From Nemertoderma westbladi (Eukaryota; Animalia; Xenacoelomorpha): DNA of 64,000 nucleotides. The notes below the pieces were generated by a model. It did no database searches and was not told where the DNA came from. It was given only the letters and a program-made list of their open reading frames with translations. Below, one piece after another: positions 37,901-50,389 of this stretch (position 1 is its first letter; each line of letters begins with the position of its first letter). Location: NCBI GenBank assembly GCA_032718475.1, contig JAUCBJ010001204.1, forward strand, positions 1 through 64,000, in the 5' to 3' direction. The position numbers and the translations under genes were made by a program.

Positions 37901-40900
37901 ATCTCGATGTCGTCCCCTTACAACTAAGGAGTAATATCTCGATGTCGTCCCCTTATAACTAAGGAGTAATATCTCGATGTCGTCCCCTTATAACTAAGGA
38001 GTAATATCTCGATGTCGTCCCCTTATAACTAAGGAGTAATATCTCGATGTCGTCCCCTTATAACTAAGGAGTAATATCTCGATGTCGTCCCCTTACAACT
38101 AAGGAGTAATATCTCGATGTCGTCCCCTTATAACTAAGGAGTAATATCTCGATGTCGTCCCCTTATAACTAAGGAGTAATATCTCGATGTCGTCCCCTTA
38201 TAACTAAGGAGTAATATCTCGATGTCGTCCCCTTACAACTAAGGAGTAATATCTCGATGTCGTCCCCTTATAACTAAGGAGTAATATCTCGATGTCGTCC
38301 CCTTATAACTAAGGAGTAATATCTCGATGTCGTCCCCTTACAACTAAGGAGTAATATCTCGATGTCGTCCCCTTACAACTAAGGAGTAATATCTCGATGT
38401 CGTCCCCTTACAACTAAGGAGTAATATCTCGATGTCGTCCCCTTATAACTAAGGAGTAATATCTCGATGTCGTCCCCTTATAACTAAGGAGTAATATCTC
38501 GATGTCGTCCCCTTACAACTAAGGAGTAATATCTCGATGTCGTCCCCTTACAACTAAGGAGTAATATCTCGATGTCGTCCCCTTATAACTAAGGAGTAAT
38601 ATCTCGATGTCGTCCCCTTAGAACTAAGGAGTAATATCTCGATGTCGTCCCCTTACAACTAAGGAGTAATATCTCGATGTCGTCCCCTTATAACTAAGGA
38701 GTAATATCTCGATGTCGTCCCCTTACAACTAAGGAGTAATATCTCGATGTCGTCCCCTTACAACTAAGGAGTAATATCTCGATGTCGTCCCCTTACAACT
38801 AAGGAGTAATATCTCGATGTCGTCCCCTTATAACTAAGGAGTAATATCTCGATGTCGTCCCCTTATAACTAAGGAGTAATATCTCGATGTCGTCCCCTTA
38901 CAACTAAGGAGTAATATCTCGATGTCGTCCCCTTACAACTAAGGAGTAATATCTCGATGTCGTCCCCTTATAACTAAGGAGTAATATCTCGATGTCGTCC
39001 CCTTATAACTAAGGAGTAATATCTCGATGTCGTCCCCTTACAACTAAGGAGTAATATCTCGATGTCGTCCCCTTATAACTAAGGAGTAATATCTCGATGT
39101 CGTCCCCTTACAACTAAGGAGTAATATCTCGATGTCGTCCCCTTACAACTAAGGAGTAATATCTCGATGTCGTCCCCTTACAACTAAGGAGTAATATCTC
39201 GATGTCGTCCCCTTATAACTAAGGAGTAATATCTCGATGTCGTCCCCTTACAACTAAGGAGTAATATCTCGATGTCGTCCCCTTACAACTAAGGAGTAAT
39301 ATCTCGATGTCCTCCCCTTATAACTAAGGAGTAATATCTCGATGTCGTCCCCTTACAACTAAGGAGTAATATCTCGATGTCGTCCCCTTATAACTAAGGA
39401 GTAATATCTCGATGTCGTCCCCTTACAACTAAGGAGTAATATCTCGATGTCGTCCCCTTACAACTAAGGAGTAATATCTCGATGTCGTCCCCTTATAACT
39501 AAGGAGTAATATCTCGATGTCGTCCCCTTACAACTAAGGAGTAATATCTCGATGTCGTCCCCTTACAACTAAGGAGTAATATCTCGATGTCGTCCCCTTA
39601 CAACTAAGGAGTAATATCTCGATGTCGTGGTCGTCCCCTTACAACTAAGGAGTAATATCTCGATGTCGTCCCCTTATAACTAAGGAGTAATATCTCGATG
39701 TCGTCCCCTTACAACTAAGGAGTAATATCTCGATGTCGTCCCCTTACAACTAAGGAGTAATATCTCGATGTCGTCCCCTTATAACTAAGGAGTAATATCT
39801 CGATGTCGTCCCCTTACAACTAAGGAGTAATATCTCGATGTCGTCCCCTTACAACTAAGGAGTAATATCTCGATGTCGTCCCCTTACAACTAAGGAGTAA
39901 TATCTCGATGTCGTCCCCTTATAACTAAGGAGTAATATCTCGATGTCGTCCCCTTACAACTAAGGAGTAATATCTCGATGTCGTGGTCGTCCCCTTACAA
40001 CTAAGGAGTAATATCTCGATGTCGTCCCCTTATAACTAAGGAGTAATATCTCGATGTCGTCCCCTTACAACTAAGGAGTAATATCTCGATGTCGTCCCCT
40101 TACAACTAAGGAGTAATATCTCGATGTCGTCCCCTTACAACTAAGGAGTAATATCTCGATGTCGTCCCCTTATAACTAAGGAGTAATATCTCGATGTCGT
40201 CCCCTTACAACTAAGGAGTAATATCTCGATGTCGTCCCCTTATAACTAAGGAGTAATATCTCGATGTCGTCCCCTTACAACTAAGGAGTAATATCTCGAT
40301 GTCGTCCCCTTACAACTAAGGAGTAATATCTCGATGTCGTCCCCTTATAACTAAGGAGTAATATCTCGATGTCGTCCCCTTACAACTAAGGAGTAGTATC
40401 TCGATGTCGTCCCCTTACAACTAAGGAGTAATATCTCGATGTCGTCCCCTTACAACTAAGGAGTAATATCTCGATGTCGTCCCCTTATAACTAAGGAGTA
40501 ATATCTCGATGTCGTCCCCTTATAACTAAGGAGTAATATCTCGATGTCGTCCCCTTATAACTAAGGAGTAATATCTCGATGTCGTCCCCTTATAACTAAG
40601 GAGTAATATCTCGATGTCGTCCCCTTATAACTAAGGAGTAATATCTCGATGTCGTCCCCTTATAACTAAGGAGTAATATCTCGATGTCGTCCCCTTATAA
40701 CTAAGGAGTAATATCTCGATGTCGTCCCCTTATAACTAAGGAGTAATATCTCGATGTCGTCCCCTTACAACTAAGGAGTAATATCTCGATGTCGTCCCCT
40801 TATAACTAAGGAGTAATATCTCGATGTCGTCCCCTTACAACTAAGGAGTAATATCTCGATGTCGTCCCCTTATAACTAAGGAGTAATATCTCGATGTCGT

Positions 40901-42289
40901 CCCCTTATAACTAAGGAGTAATATCTCGATGTCGTCCCCTTACAACTAAGGAGTAATATCTCGATGTCGTCCCCTTATAACTAAGGAGTAATATCTCGAT
41001 GTCGTCCCCTTACAACTAAGGAGTAATATCTCGATGTCGTCCCCTTATAACTAAGGAGTAATATCTCGATGTCGTCCCCTTATAACTAAGGAGTAATATC
41101 TCGATGTCGTCCCCTTATAACTAAGGAGTAATATTTCGATGTCGTCCCCTTATAACTAAGGAGTAATATCTCGATGTCGTCCCCTTATAACTAAGGAGTA
41201 ATATCTCGATGTCGTCCCCTTATAACTAAGGAGTAATATTTCGATGTCGTCCCCTTATAACTAAGGAGTAATATCTCGATGTCGTCCCCTTATAAATAAG
41301 GAGTAATATCTCGATGTCGTCCCCTTATAACTAAGGAGTAATATCTCGATGTCGTCCCCTTATAACTAAGGAGTAATATCTCGATGTCGTCCCGTTACAA
41401 CTAAGGAGTAATATCTCGATGTCGTCCCCTTATAACTAAGGAGTAATATCTCGATGTCGTCCCCTTATAACTAAGGAGTAATATCTCGATGTCGTCCCCT
41501 TATAACTAAGGAGTAATATCTCGATGTCGTCCCCTTATAACTAAGGAGTAATATCTCGATGTCGTCCCCTTATAACTAAGGAGTAATATTTCGATGTCGT
41601 CCCCTTATAACTAAGGAGTAATATCTCGATGTCGTCCCCTTATAACTAAGGAGTAATATCTCGATGTCGTCCCCTTATAACTAAGGAGTAATATCTCGAT
41701 GTCGTCCCCTTATAACTAAGGAGTAATATCTCGATGTCGTCCCCTTATAACTAAGGAGTAATATCTCGATGTCGTCCCCTTATAACTAAGGAGTTATATC
41801 TCGATGTCGTCCCCTTATAACTAAGGAGTAATATCTCGATGTCGTCCCCTTATAACTAAGGAGTAATATCTCGATGTCGTCCCCTTACAACTAAGGAGTA
41901 ATATCTCGATGTCGTCCCCTTATAACTAAGGAGTAATATCTCGATGTCGTCCCCTTATAACTAAGGAGTAATATCTCGATGTCGTCCCCTTATAACTAAG
42001 GAGTAATATCTCGATGTCGTCCCCTTATAACTAAGGAGTAATATTTCGATGTTGTCCCCTTATAACTACAGTTATAGGAGTAATAAGCTTACTAACAGCT
42101 TACTCCTTACTAACAGTAAGGAGTAATATTTCGATGTCGTCCCCTTACAACTAAGGAGTAATATCTCGATGTCGTCCCCTTACAACTAAGGAGTAATATC
42201 TCGATGTCGTCCCCTTATAACTAAGGAGTAATATCTCGATGTCGTCCCCTTACAACTAAGAGTAATATCTCGATGTCTTCCCGTTACAA
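28999..42289. repeat. 35-bp satellite array, ~380 copies (aaggagtaatatctcgatgtcgtcccctta[t/c]aact)
   Basis: Period 35 bp (aaggag at 29001, 29036...). Nearly invariant except one T/C site. Other variants are concentrated at the edges. Confidence 0.99.
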
Positions 42290-42751
42290 CAATTATAGTT
42301 GTAGTTCGCTTCTGTATTCTCAATCGTCCGATACCACAAAATGGTTGAGTTTAGCAATGAAATTTTTTTGTACATTGTTAGTTTACTTGGGGACAGTGTT
42401 ACTAACTTGGGCACAGTGTTACTTAGAAACCACAGTGCTTTTAGAGTCATAGTAAATACAAATGAAAATAGGCGGGACATGCGTGATTTTTGAATATGAA
42501 CTGAGTTTTTGATGTTACTACCTACAGAACAGTTACAACCGTGTTATTCTCGATGAGACAATGCCAGTGACTTCTGAAAGAAAGTGTTAGTTAATTAACC
42601 CATTCTTAAATGGTTAATATTTCCTATTAAAGTGTTAAATCCTTTCGACCCTTTCTTAACATCGCTGACGCTCGGTAAATAAAATGCCTCGAGAATAGTG
42701 AAAAAAAGTTCTAATTTTTTTCCCATGTAATAAATATTTAAATATACTTTT

Positions 42752-43831
42752 TTATGATAAATCAACTTCACTAAAGCTTTCAAATATAACCCATCCAAGA
42801 TTATCAACATCCTTAGAACTAAATGTGAAAATAGAAGAACATTCTAGTTTATTAACTAACAAATCGTCAGCTGAGTTCCTGAATAAAGGAAGAATTTTAG
42901 CTAAAGGTAACGCCTTGTCGGGGGAATTGTTTAAATCATTCCAAAGCATCGATTTGATTTGATTCAATCCAACTTCCAAAGAGTTATGTAAAGTTACACT
43001 GGTATCCCTCAGCAAAAACAAACTCGATATTTCCTCCTGGACGCTTTTCACGAAATAATAATCTGGGTTTGTGCAGCTGTAGGTTTGGTAACCAGGACTG
43101 CAGGGTTGAGTGACTACCGGGTCAACTTCCGAAATGGAGATCGATATGGCGTCAATTAGTCGCGAAACTTGGTTGAAATCCATCGATTCAGTCAACTTAT
43201 ATGTTAGTAAATAATCCCGGACGACTTCTGTAATACATCGGGTCAGACGGGGGAATTGGGTGTCGAAATAAACAGAGACGCAGGACATAAAGTTTGTTTG
43301 AGCATCGGGGGATATCTCTTCTACGAGTTCGAGACTCGACTTAGTAGAATTCGGTGAGTTGGAACTATTGCTGAGTTTGAATGTGAGCCCGGCGATGGCG
43401 CTTATATGAACTCTAAATAATATATTAATAAAGCTAAGGCAGTAAACAGTTGCGAATGAACGACTCACGCTGGAAACCTTCAACTCATTCCATAATGTAT
43501 TCCGTTGACGAGACGAATCGGCTTTCTGTAGTCGCGAAACAATGAGATCAATGTTGAATTCCTCGTCCAAATGTCGGCTAGCATGAGCGAACAAGTTGAT
43601 TGTGGATGTTGTCCACTTCACTTTATTTGTCGAATAATACTGCGACTGTTTACTTTTTCGCATCCAACTAGCCAGATTTAGTTGCGACTTTGTTCTCAAG
43701 GAATGAATCACGTTTGAACCGATTTCTATGGTTTTATATATCCCGAATGCAGAAACTCCAACGATACCGGTACCGGTTAACCAGAACTTTCCTTTGTGTT
43801 TTCTGACAAATCCCTTGAAGTATTCAGTCAT
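42752..43831 (-). CDS. PEX3: Peroxisomal biogenesis factor 3 (peroxin-3), intronless
   Basis: 359 aa. Basic N-terminus (FVRKHKGKF) plus TM segment, LWNELKVSSVSRSFATVYCLSFINILFRVHISAIAG and ALPLAKILP match conserved PEX3 motifs. Confidence 0.88.
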   Translation of the reverse strand: MTEYFKGFVRKHKGKFWLTGTGIVGVSAFGIYKTIEIGSNVIHSLRTKSQLNLASWMRKSKQSQYYSTNKVKWTTSTINLFAHASRHLDEEFNIDLIVSRLQKADSSRQRNTLWNELKVSSVSRSFATVYCLSFINILFRVHISAIAGLTFKLSNSSNSPNSTKSSLELVEEISPDAQTNFMSCVSVYFDTQFPRLTRCITEVVRDYLLTYKLTESMDFNQVSRLIDAISISISEVDPVVTQPCSPGYQTYSCTNPDYYFVKSVQEEISSLFLLRDTSVTLHNSLEVGLNQIKSMLWNDLNNSPDKALPLAKILPLFRNSADDLLVNKLECSSIFTFSSKDVDNLGWVIFESFSEVDLS

Positions 43832-44407
43832 GATGGTAACCTACCCGTACAATATTCGTTTTAATTAATTTTAATTAATAATCTAATTTATTGTTCGACA
43901 AAAAAAAACTAACACAGTAATTATACTACTGGTCCGGGTACTGGTACAGTACCGTACTAGTACAGTACAGAGTAGTAAGTACCGTCAACTGGGGTCAGAT
44001 TGAATAATTATTTCCAGCATAAATTTGGATGCGGTTTCTTACAGCAGATACAAATGTAAATAAACCATATTAGTTGTAACAATTTACACAGTACATTCCG
44101 GTTTCTACGGTGGCTGATCTTTGCCAATTAATTTATTTTTTTTTATTTTTTTTCAGAAGTTCGATGGAAATTCGACGCAAAGAACAGCTGATTACTCTAA
44201 AAAATAAAACTATAGGCCTAACCTGTTCTATTGTGTTCAGTTTATTGTTTTGGTTAAAATAACGTGCTGCTGTAACCTGCTACTTTCCCTAAATTTAGAA
44301 TTTAACATTGAGGCGGGATATTAATTCGCCTAGATGGAATTTGCGTCCAGCCCCCCCCCCCCCCCCCAAGTCTCACAAAGTCACCAAGACGCTGCCTATG
44401 GATGGTC

Positions 44408-44495
44408 TATGGAGCTCCGTTCCGGCCAAAAGGGCATGTCATTTTCGGCTCAAGAATGTCATGTACTTTTGCTTTTGGCCAGAAAGAGTCCCATA
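44408..44495. mobile_element. Tiny (88-bp) IS3EU-like MITE
   Basis: Imperfect TIRs TATGGAGCTCCGTTCCGGCCAAAAG / CTTTTGGCCAGAAAGAGTCCCATA. Flanks atggtc / atagtc form a 6-bp TSD with 1 mismatch. Confidence 0.5.
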
Positions 44496-45784
44496 ATAGT
44501 CTCCAGCTGTCCAGCACGTGTATCTGCCAAATTTCAGTTTGAACGGATAACAAATAAAAATTTATAAATATAAATAAAATAAAAATTTCGCCCTCTAGTG
44601 GCAAACTTTAGAAGTTTACATGGAGCAGTGTCAAACAAAGACGCAGTCAGTTAACTAATACATAATTACATACAGTATATTCCAAGTTCCAGCTTAAATG
44701 AATTAAAATTAAGGAACGGGTGGAAGGTTTTTACTTGCAGACATTTCACTCACTAGCACGGCAGACTGGGAGAAAAAGTTCTTATGATAAAAAAGGTCGA
44801 TCTACTTAGGCGTCTTGTTGCTTAATGTATATTAATGCCATTACTTTCAGTTTCGCCTTCACTGTGGGAAAAATCCCGGACCCGTCCCTGATGTAAGTGT
44901 GATAAAAGCCAAATTCGTTGGTCATACATACACAGAGCTGTCAATACAAAGGATATAGAACCGAGACAGTGGAATATGTAATTAGAGTTATACTGTATAT
45001 CTCGTGTGGTGCGCATAGACAAGTACAAGTATAACGGGAAACCAATTTCCTGTTCCTTTCTGTAATAAAAGATATTCTGGGAAAATAAACCGTACAAGTA
45101 CACTTATTGCTAAAAAAAGTGAACCAATCTCCGGTGCAAAATAATGTTCTCTTTGTTATTATAGACAAAATTTAATTCATTTTTAATACACAGTAGGTGT
45201 AATTCAATATCACTGATTTTGTTTTGAAGATATAGAATCCAGTCTGTTTACGTATTTATATGATTTTTCTGTAAGAATTCATCGATCCGGTCTCAATTTC
45301 TGTACGAAATTGCACGACTAGGGATGACGTTAAATAGGTAGGATCCCCTGTATACTCAACGGAATCTCGAATTATACACCGCACAAAGTCGGTCTCCACT
45401 TTTATACTACAGTATTACATCACCACGGTGTGGATCTGTTTACCATACGGGATACTCTTCACTCTCTGTCATTGTGTCCGGGTAGTTACAGCGACTGAAC
45501 TTCTTTAGCAATAGCGTTTGGCGGCACGCACAGGTTAAAATTAGACTAAAGTCTGCAGAAATTTCGCAATGCTGTTTCCATAATGAAAACTCTTCAGACA
45601 TTCGTGCAAACGCAAAGACAGTGGTACAATGGGTTCATATATTCATACGTGATACAATACGAGGATATTCATAGCGCTGATGATGGGGTGGACACATCTC
45701 CACCATCTGGTAGCCGTTGCCGAGTCGTGAGTCCCAGAATATCAAACCAATCCTTGGAGAGAGATCTGAAATTGTTATCTAGGT

Positions 45785-46055
45785 CTTATTGGAGGCTGCA
45801 TCCAGGACATTGCTTTCGCCGTGAGGACCAGCCAGTGCATAATCTTGTACTTTGGCAGCCTCATGGAATGAATAAGCATGGTGGACAGCCCATGACTTTC
45901 TTGAGACGCATCTTAAAGGACACTGGCCTTGAAGATGCGGATGATCTAGCAAATGTCATGGGTGATAGGGAGTTGTGGCGGTGCAATTTTGTCGATAAGC
46001 CGGCACAACATTCTTAAAAATGCAGCTGCAATGCAGCATGCCGATCCTAGTAGTA
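45785..46055 (+). mobile_element. RTE-clade LINE 3' end fragment
   Basis: GHCFRREDQPVHNLVLWQPHG...GQP.TFLRRILKDTGL...MGDRELWR is a typical RTE ORF C-terminus. Confidence 0.8.
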
Positions 46056-46184
46056 TCCAGTGTTGCCCTCTTTGTGAATATCAGAAAGACCACAATTTTG
46101 ATAGAAAAAATGGACTCGAACCAGCGGAAAAAAATTGAGCGTGATAATATTCAATCGCTGGATGAACCGGTAAGTAAGTAAGGT

Positions 46185-46530
46185 GACATGGACAAGGACT
46201 TTTGCTATCTTGGATCAAGGGTTCGGAGGTCTGGTGGAGATCTCCGAATTCGCAAATGGAAAGCCTGGTCTGCCATCCACAAGCTATCCAGGATCTGGAA
46301 GAGCTGTGATATATCATGCTCTTTAAAGGTACGTCTTTTCGTGCTGCTCTATAATGGCAGTACATTCTTGGCTCGAACTGCGCTGAAGACAACAGGTCTC
46401 CGGATGGTACACATACTCATACACATTCTCCGGATGGTACACATACAGTATACCACGATACTGCGAAGTGTGCATAACATTTCCTATGATACACCCCATT
46501 ACCAAGACCCAGCATCACTCTGCAGAGACA
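46185..46530 (+). mobile_element. RTE-clade LINE reverse transcriptase C-terminal fragment
   Basis: DFCYLGS...DLRIRKWKAWSAIHKLSRIWKS.DIS.SLKVRLF..LLY. Confidence 0.75.
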
Positions 46531-48409
46531 CCGCCAGAAGCTTGCTGATCACTGTTTCAGCCATCCATGTTAAAGTTATATATTAATCGACATGACGAAT
46601 TCAGGGCGTTCATATTGCAGTTTTCAGCGAGAAGGTTATTATGATAAATCTAGGAGTTTTTTTTACCGCCCGTTTGTATATTATATACATAAATTACATT
46701 AATAAATAAATAATTTATTATTTAAGATAAATTATTTATTTATTGGCCTAGGGAATCGCCTGCCAAAGTGGTATACACCATACTCCATGGTGATGGGGTG
46801 GGTGCGCGCCCGTCTCACCTTTGCAGTATTCTCCGTGGAACTTTTGCGTGTCTTCGCTCCAGCCGAACAATGTGGCTAAACGGTCTGTAACGTCCAACCA
46901 TATAGAAACAGGAGAAAAACACACAGGGAGAAGTGAGACCCTGATTGGCTAGAGAAGCGTGACGTGATTGGCTGACAGTACAGTAAGTAGTTACGTTTAC
47001 GAATTCGTAAGCCTGGGCCTATATATTCTTATATTAAAATCCGGGATGTCCCCGGCGCTATAATATTGCCATAAATAAAATCATTAAAATCGACGCACAT
47101 AACGCTTAAAATAATAGAGTAAGGGCACATAACATCAGAAAGTGGTTAAATTGGTCCTAATCAATAATACTGTTTCTATTAGGTTGCCTCAAGTAGACAA
47201 TATGTGGGGGTTGCGCCACATGTTGAATATTATTAGCAAGTAGACAGTATTGTAGGCAGTATGTACAAAGATATACCATGACACGGGGCCAACATGAATA
47301 TACATTTCAAGCCAATGTTATCCAACATGAATATACATTTCAAGCCAATGATAGTACACTAAATAAGCCATTCAATATGACATATTATGGGATATACATA
47401 TAGAATCATAATTCAAAATTCAATTAAAAAAAAATAATAAATTTCGTGAATTGCTATTAACAACCGACGTAGCACTGGTACTGTACCAAAACTTCTTCGC
47501 CGCCGATATACAAAACAAAAACGATACCGGTATATAGATGTGAAATTGCTACGTTGGGACTGCACCAATAGCTTATTTCCACAGATATATTAAAAATCGA
47601 TTTTACACGGGCACCGACACCAGTATATAGATAGACAGAATTCGATACCGGTATATAGATGTGAAATATGCTACGTTTTCACTGCACCTAGACTTATTTG
47701 CCGCAGATATATTAAAAATCGATTTTACACGTACACCAGTAAATAGATGTGAAAAATGCTGCGTATAGGAATTTAGAAGATTATTATACATACCGGTATG
47801 CATTTCAAGCCAATGTTAGTACTCGAAATAAATCATTCACTATTCTTTAGGCATTAAGATATTATTATGTGATATACATTTCAAAAATTCAAATCAAATT
47901 AAAATAAATTTCGTGAATTAATTGTTATTAATCAAGCGACATAGCACTGGTACAAAAGATGTGAAAAATCCTACGTGTGGGGATTTAGAAATTCCTTTAA
48001 TATCATTAATCTAGTGGATATAGCGTAGTTTGTATTGTTCAAGTGTGATTGCGAGTACCAAGTGGTGAATTGATCCTTGGGGCTGATATCCGCCGTCTGG
48101 GCCATTTTTGCGGTTTGACTACAATGTTTGGTTGAATATGGGTGGACAGCAATGGATAACAAATTCGGATTATTATATCTCCACGCTGTGAAATTATATG
48201 ATGCAAATATGTCTACTGAGGGTCCCACACAATGGTCACACAATGTACTACCAAAGAGAAAAGCTAGTTTGGGATTCTTTACCAGCTATGTTGTAGCACT
48301 GACACTGTTGTAGCTACTGGACTGGTATTTTTGCAAAAATTTAATGGTTTGGCTCTTTGGTACCGGTTGACTGGTATGTCTTCTTCTGTTGTAGCTACCG
48401 GTACCGGTG

Positions 48410-49336
48410 CCGGTGTAACAGGAAAATATGCCCCCCCGGGAAATGTGCCCGGGGGGGCATATTTTCCTAGGAAAAAATGCCCCCCCCCGGGCAAATTTCC
48501 CTAGGAAAAAATGCCTCCCCTTAGGAAATTATGCCCCCCCTGAATTATACAATAAACAAAACTTATTACTACTAAAACTTACAAAAATTATACAAAACAA
48601 TAAACAGTCACTTTACCAAATGAAGGAAAGGAGCAGGTTACAGAGGCAGGCCTTTCTAACCAAAACAATAAACGATCATTTAACTAATTGAGGGAAAGGA
48701 GCAGGTTACAGAGGCGGGATTTTCTAACCAAAACAATAAACAGTCACTGTAGCAAATCAGGGAAAGGAGCAGGTTACAGAGACGGGATTTTCTAACCAAA
48801 ACAATAAACGATAACATTACCAATTGACTGATTGAGAGAAAGGAGCAGGTTACAGAGGCGGGATTTTCTAACCAAAACAATAAACAATCACTTTACCAAA
48901 TCAGGGAAAGGAGCAGGTTACAGACTTAAAAAAGCTTGGAGCTGCTCGGCGCCCACACAACACCACACACTCGCACTGCTGTTATACCAGTAGTTACTAC
49001 AGTAGCCTACTGACTTAGATACTTCAGTATGCTGTTCTACATCCCTTACTGCCTTACCTGCTTACCTACCGGCAGACCGGTACCGTACTATTCTTCCAAC
49101 TATTACAAGTTCTGCAGTTGGTAGATTAAAAGTGGCTACCAGCAGACCGGTATCGTACCAGTTTTCAGACTTTTGAGGGGGGCTAATTTTCCTGAGGGGA
49201 GGCATTATTTCCTAAGGAGAAAATGCCCCCCCGGGCTAAATTTCCTAGGAAAAATTGCCCGGGGGGACATAATATCCTAGGAAATAATGCCCCGGGGGGC
49301 ATATTCTAGGGGGGGCTGATTTCCTTGTGACACCGG
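48410..49336. mobile_element. Non-autonomous TIR element (CCGGTGT...ACACCGG) with subterminal repeats
   Basis: TIRs ccggtgtaacaggaaaa / ttccttgtgacaccgg. Palindromic gcccccc/gggggc-cctagg subterminal repeats. TG on both flanks. Sits between two copies of a ~70-90 bp tandem duplication. Confidence 0.75.
48595..48925 (+). repeat. ~62-bp tandem repeat (gaaaggagcaggttacagaggcgggattttctaaccaaaacaataaac)
   Basis: About 5 copies. Related copies at ~2360, 3960, 44215, 50390 and 52890. Confidence 0.85.
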
Positions 49337-50389
49337 TGCTGGTATTTTTTGCAAGAATTGAATGGTTTGGTACCGGTAGACTGGGATGTTTTCCGTATCT
49401 GACACATAAGGAATCCGCATGCGGATGCATCATCGACCAATCAAAATTGCTAATCATCCCCTTCTATTTGCTTAGAAATTGGAGCCCTCCTATTGGCTTG
49501 TTTAGTCTTAATTAAGGACAATTAAGGATATAATAGTAATAGGCCTAAAATCAATTCTAAATCTATCGCGATATAAGCGTGTACTAATTTCCTGACAGCA
49601 CCGTAAAGTTTCAGCCAATCAGCGTCGCACTTCTACCTGTGTGTTTCGCTCCGTGTGCTTCTCTATATGGTTGGACGTTACAGACCCTTCTCTAAAGAAT
49701 GAAATGAAACTCAGTAGTCCAATACAGTAATACATTCTTAATACTACGCTATCCAGTTTTCAACATCACAAATCCGATTGGCGCAAGTTGGCAAGTTCGT
49801 GATGCTGGTTCACAGTGGATAGTTGTTGTATACAGTACATCTTCACGTTTTCCAGGTGTGAGGTTGTATGTTCCCCCCCCCCCCCCCCCCCCCCCCCCTA
49901 CCACCCATCCTCAGAGGCCTGTTCAGCCGTGATTCCATACCGGGCATTACAGAAAGTGGGTTCCAAAGAGCTGGAGCTGAATTAATTTAGATTTTGCTAG
50001 TCGAATACTTTTGTAAACATGATATAGGTATAATGTTATTACCAAATGTACGTGCGTGTTTTGTACGTGCGTGTATTTAATCACCGTTTATTTCCGCTGG
50101 CTGTTTCCCTAGGGGAACCACTGAGGGACTGAAGTGAGGCTGCGATACGCAGTACAGTCCACACCGAGATAGGCTAGGCCTACAGCAGTACAGTTATGTA
50201 CAGTACAGCAGTAGGCTATACAGTACTGTATATTAAAGAATAAATAATGATTAATTGAAAAATAACTATACCGTGTATATGATTGCGTGGGTATACCTGG
50301 AACGTGATGTTTAGGCCCTAAGAACTGTCTGGATATTATGGACAGTGAGCGGGGAAGGTGGATGTAGTGCTACATCGTTAATAAAGCCA

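Larger units (their letters stand above)
46882..49686. mobile_element. Putative TIR element (~2.8 kb) hosting a nested insertion
   Basis: GGTCTGTAACGTCCAACCATATAG at 46882 and its reverse complement ending at 49686. Imperfect match extends ~75 bp. No clear TSD. Confidence 0.55.

Noticed and set aside
28999-42289. CRISPR array (35-bp, weakly palindromic repeat)
   Set aside because: Units are head-to-tail with no unique spacers, no cas genes are present, and the context is eukaryotic.
49590-49605. Right terminus of an IS3EU element (cagcaccgta)
   Set aside because: Poor match to the left termini and no matching 6-bp TSD.
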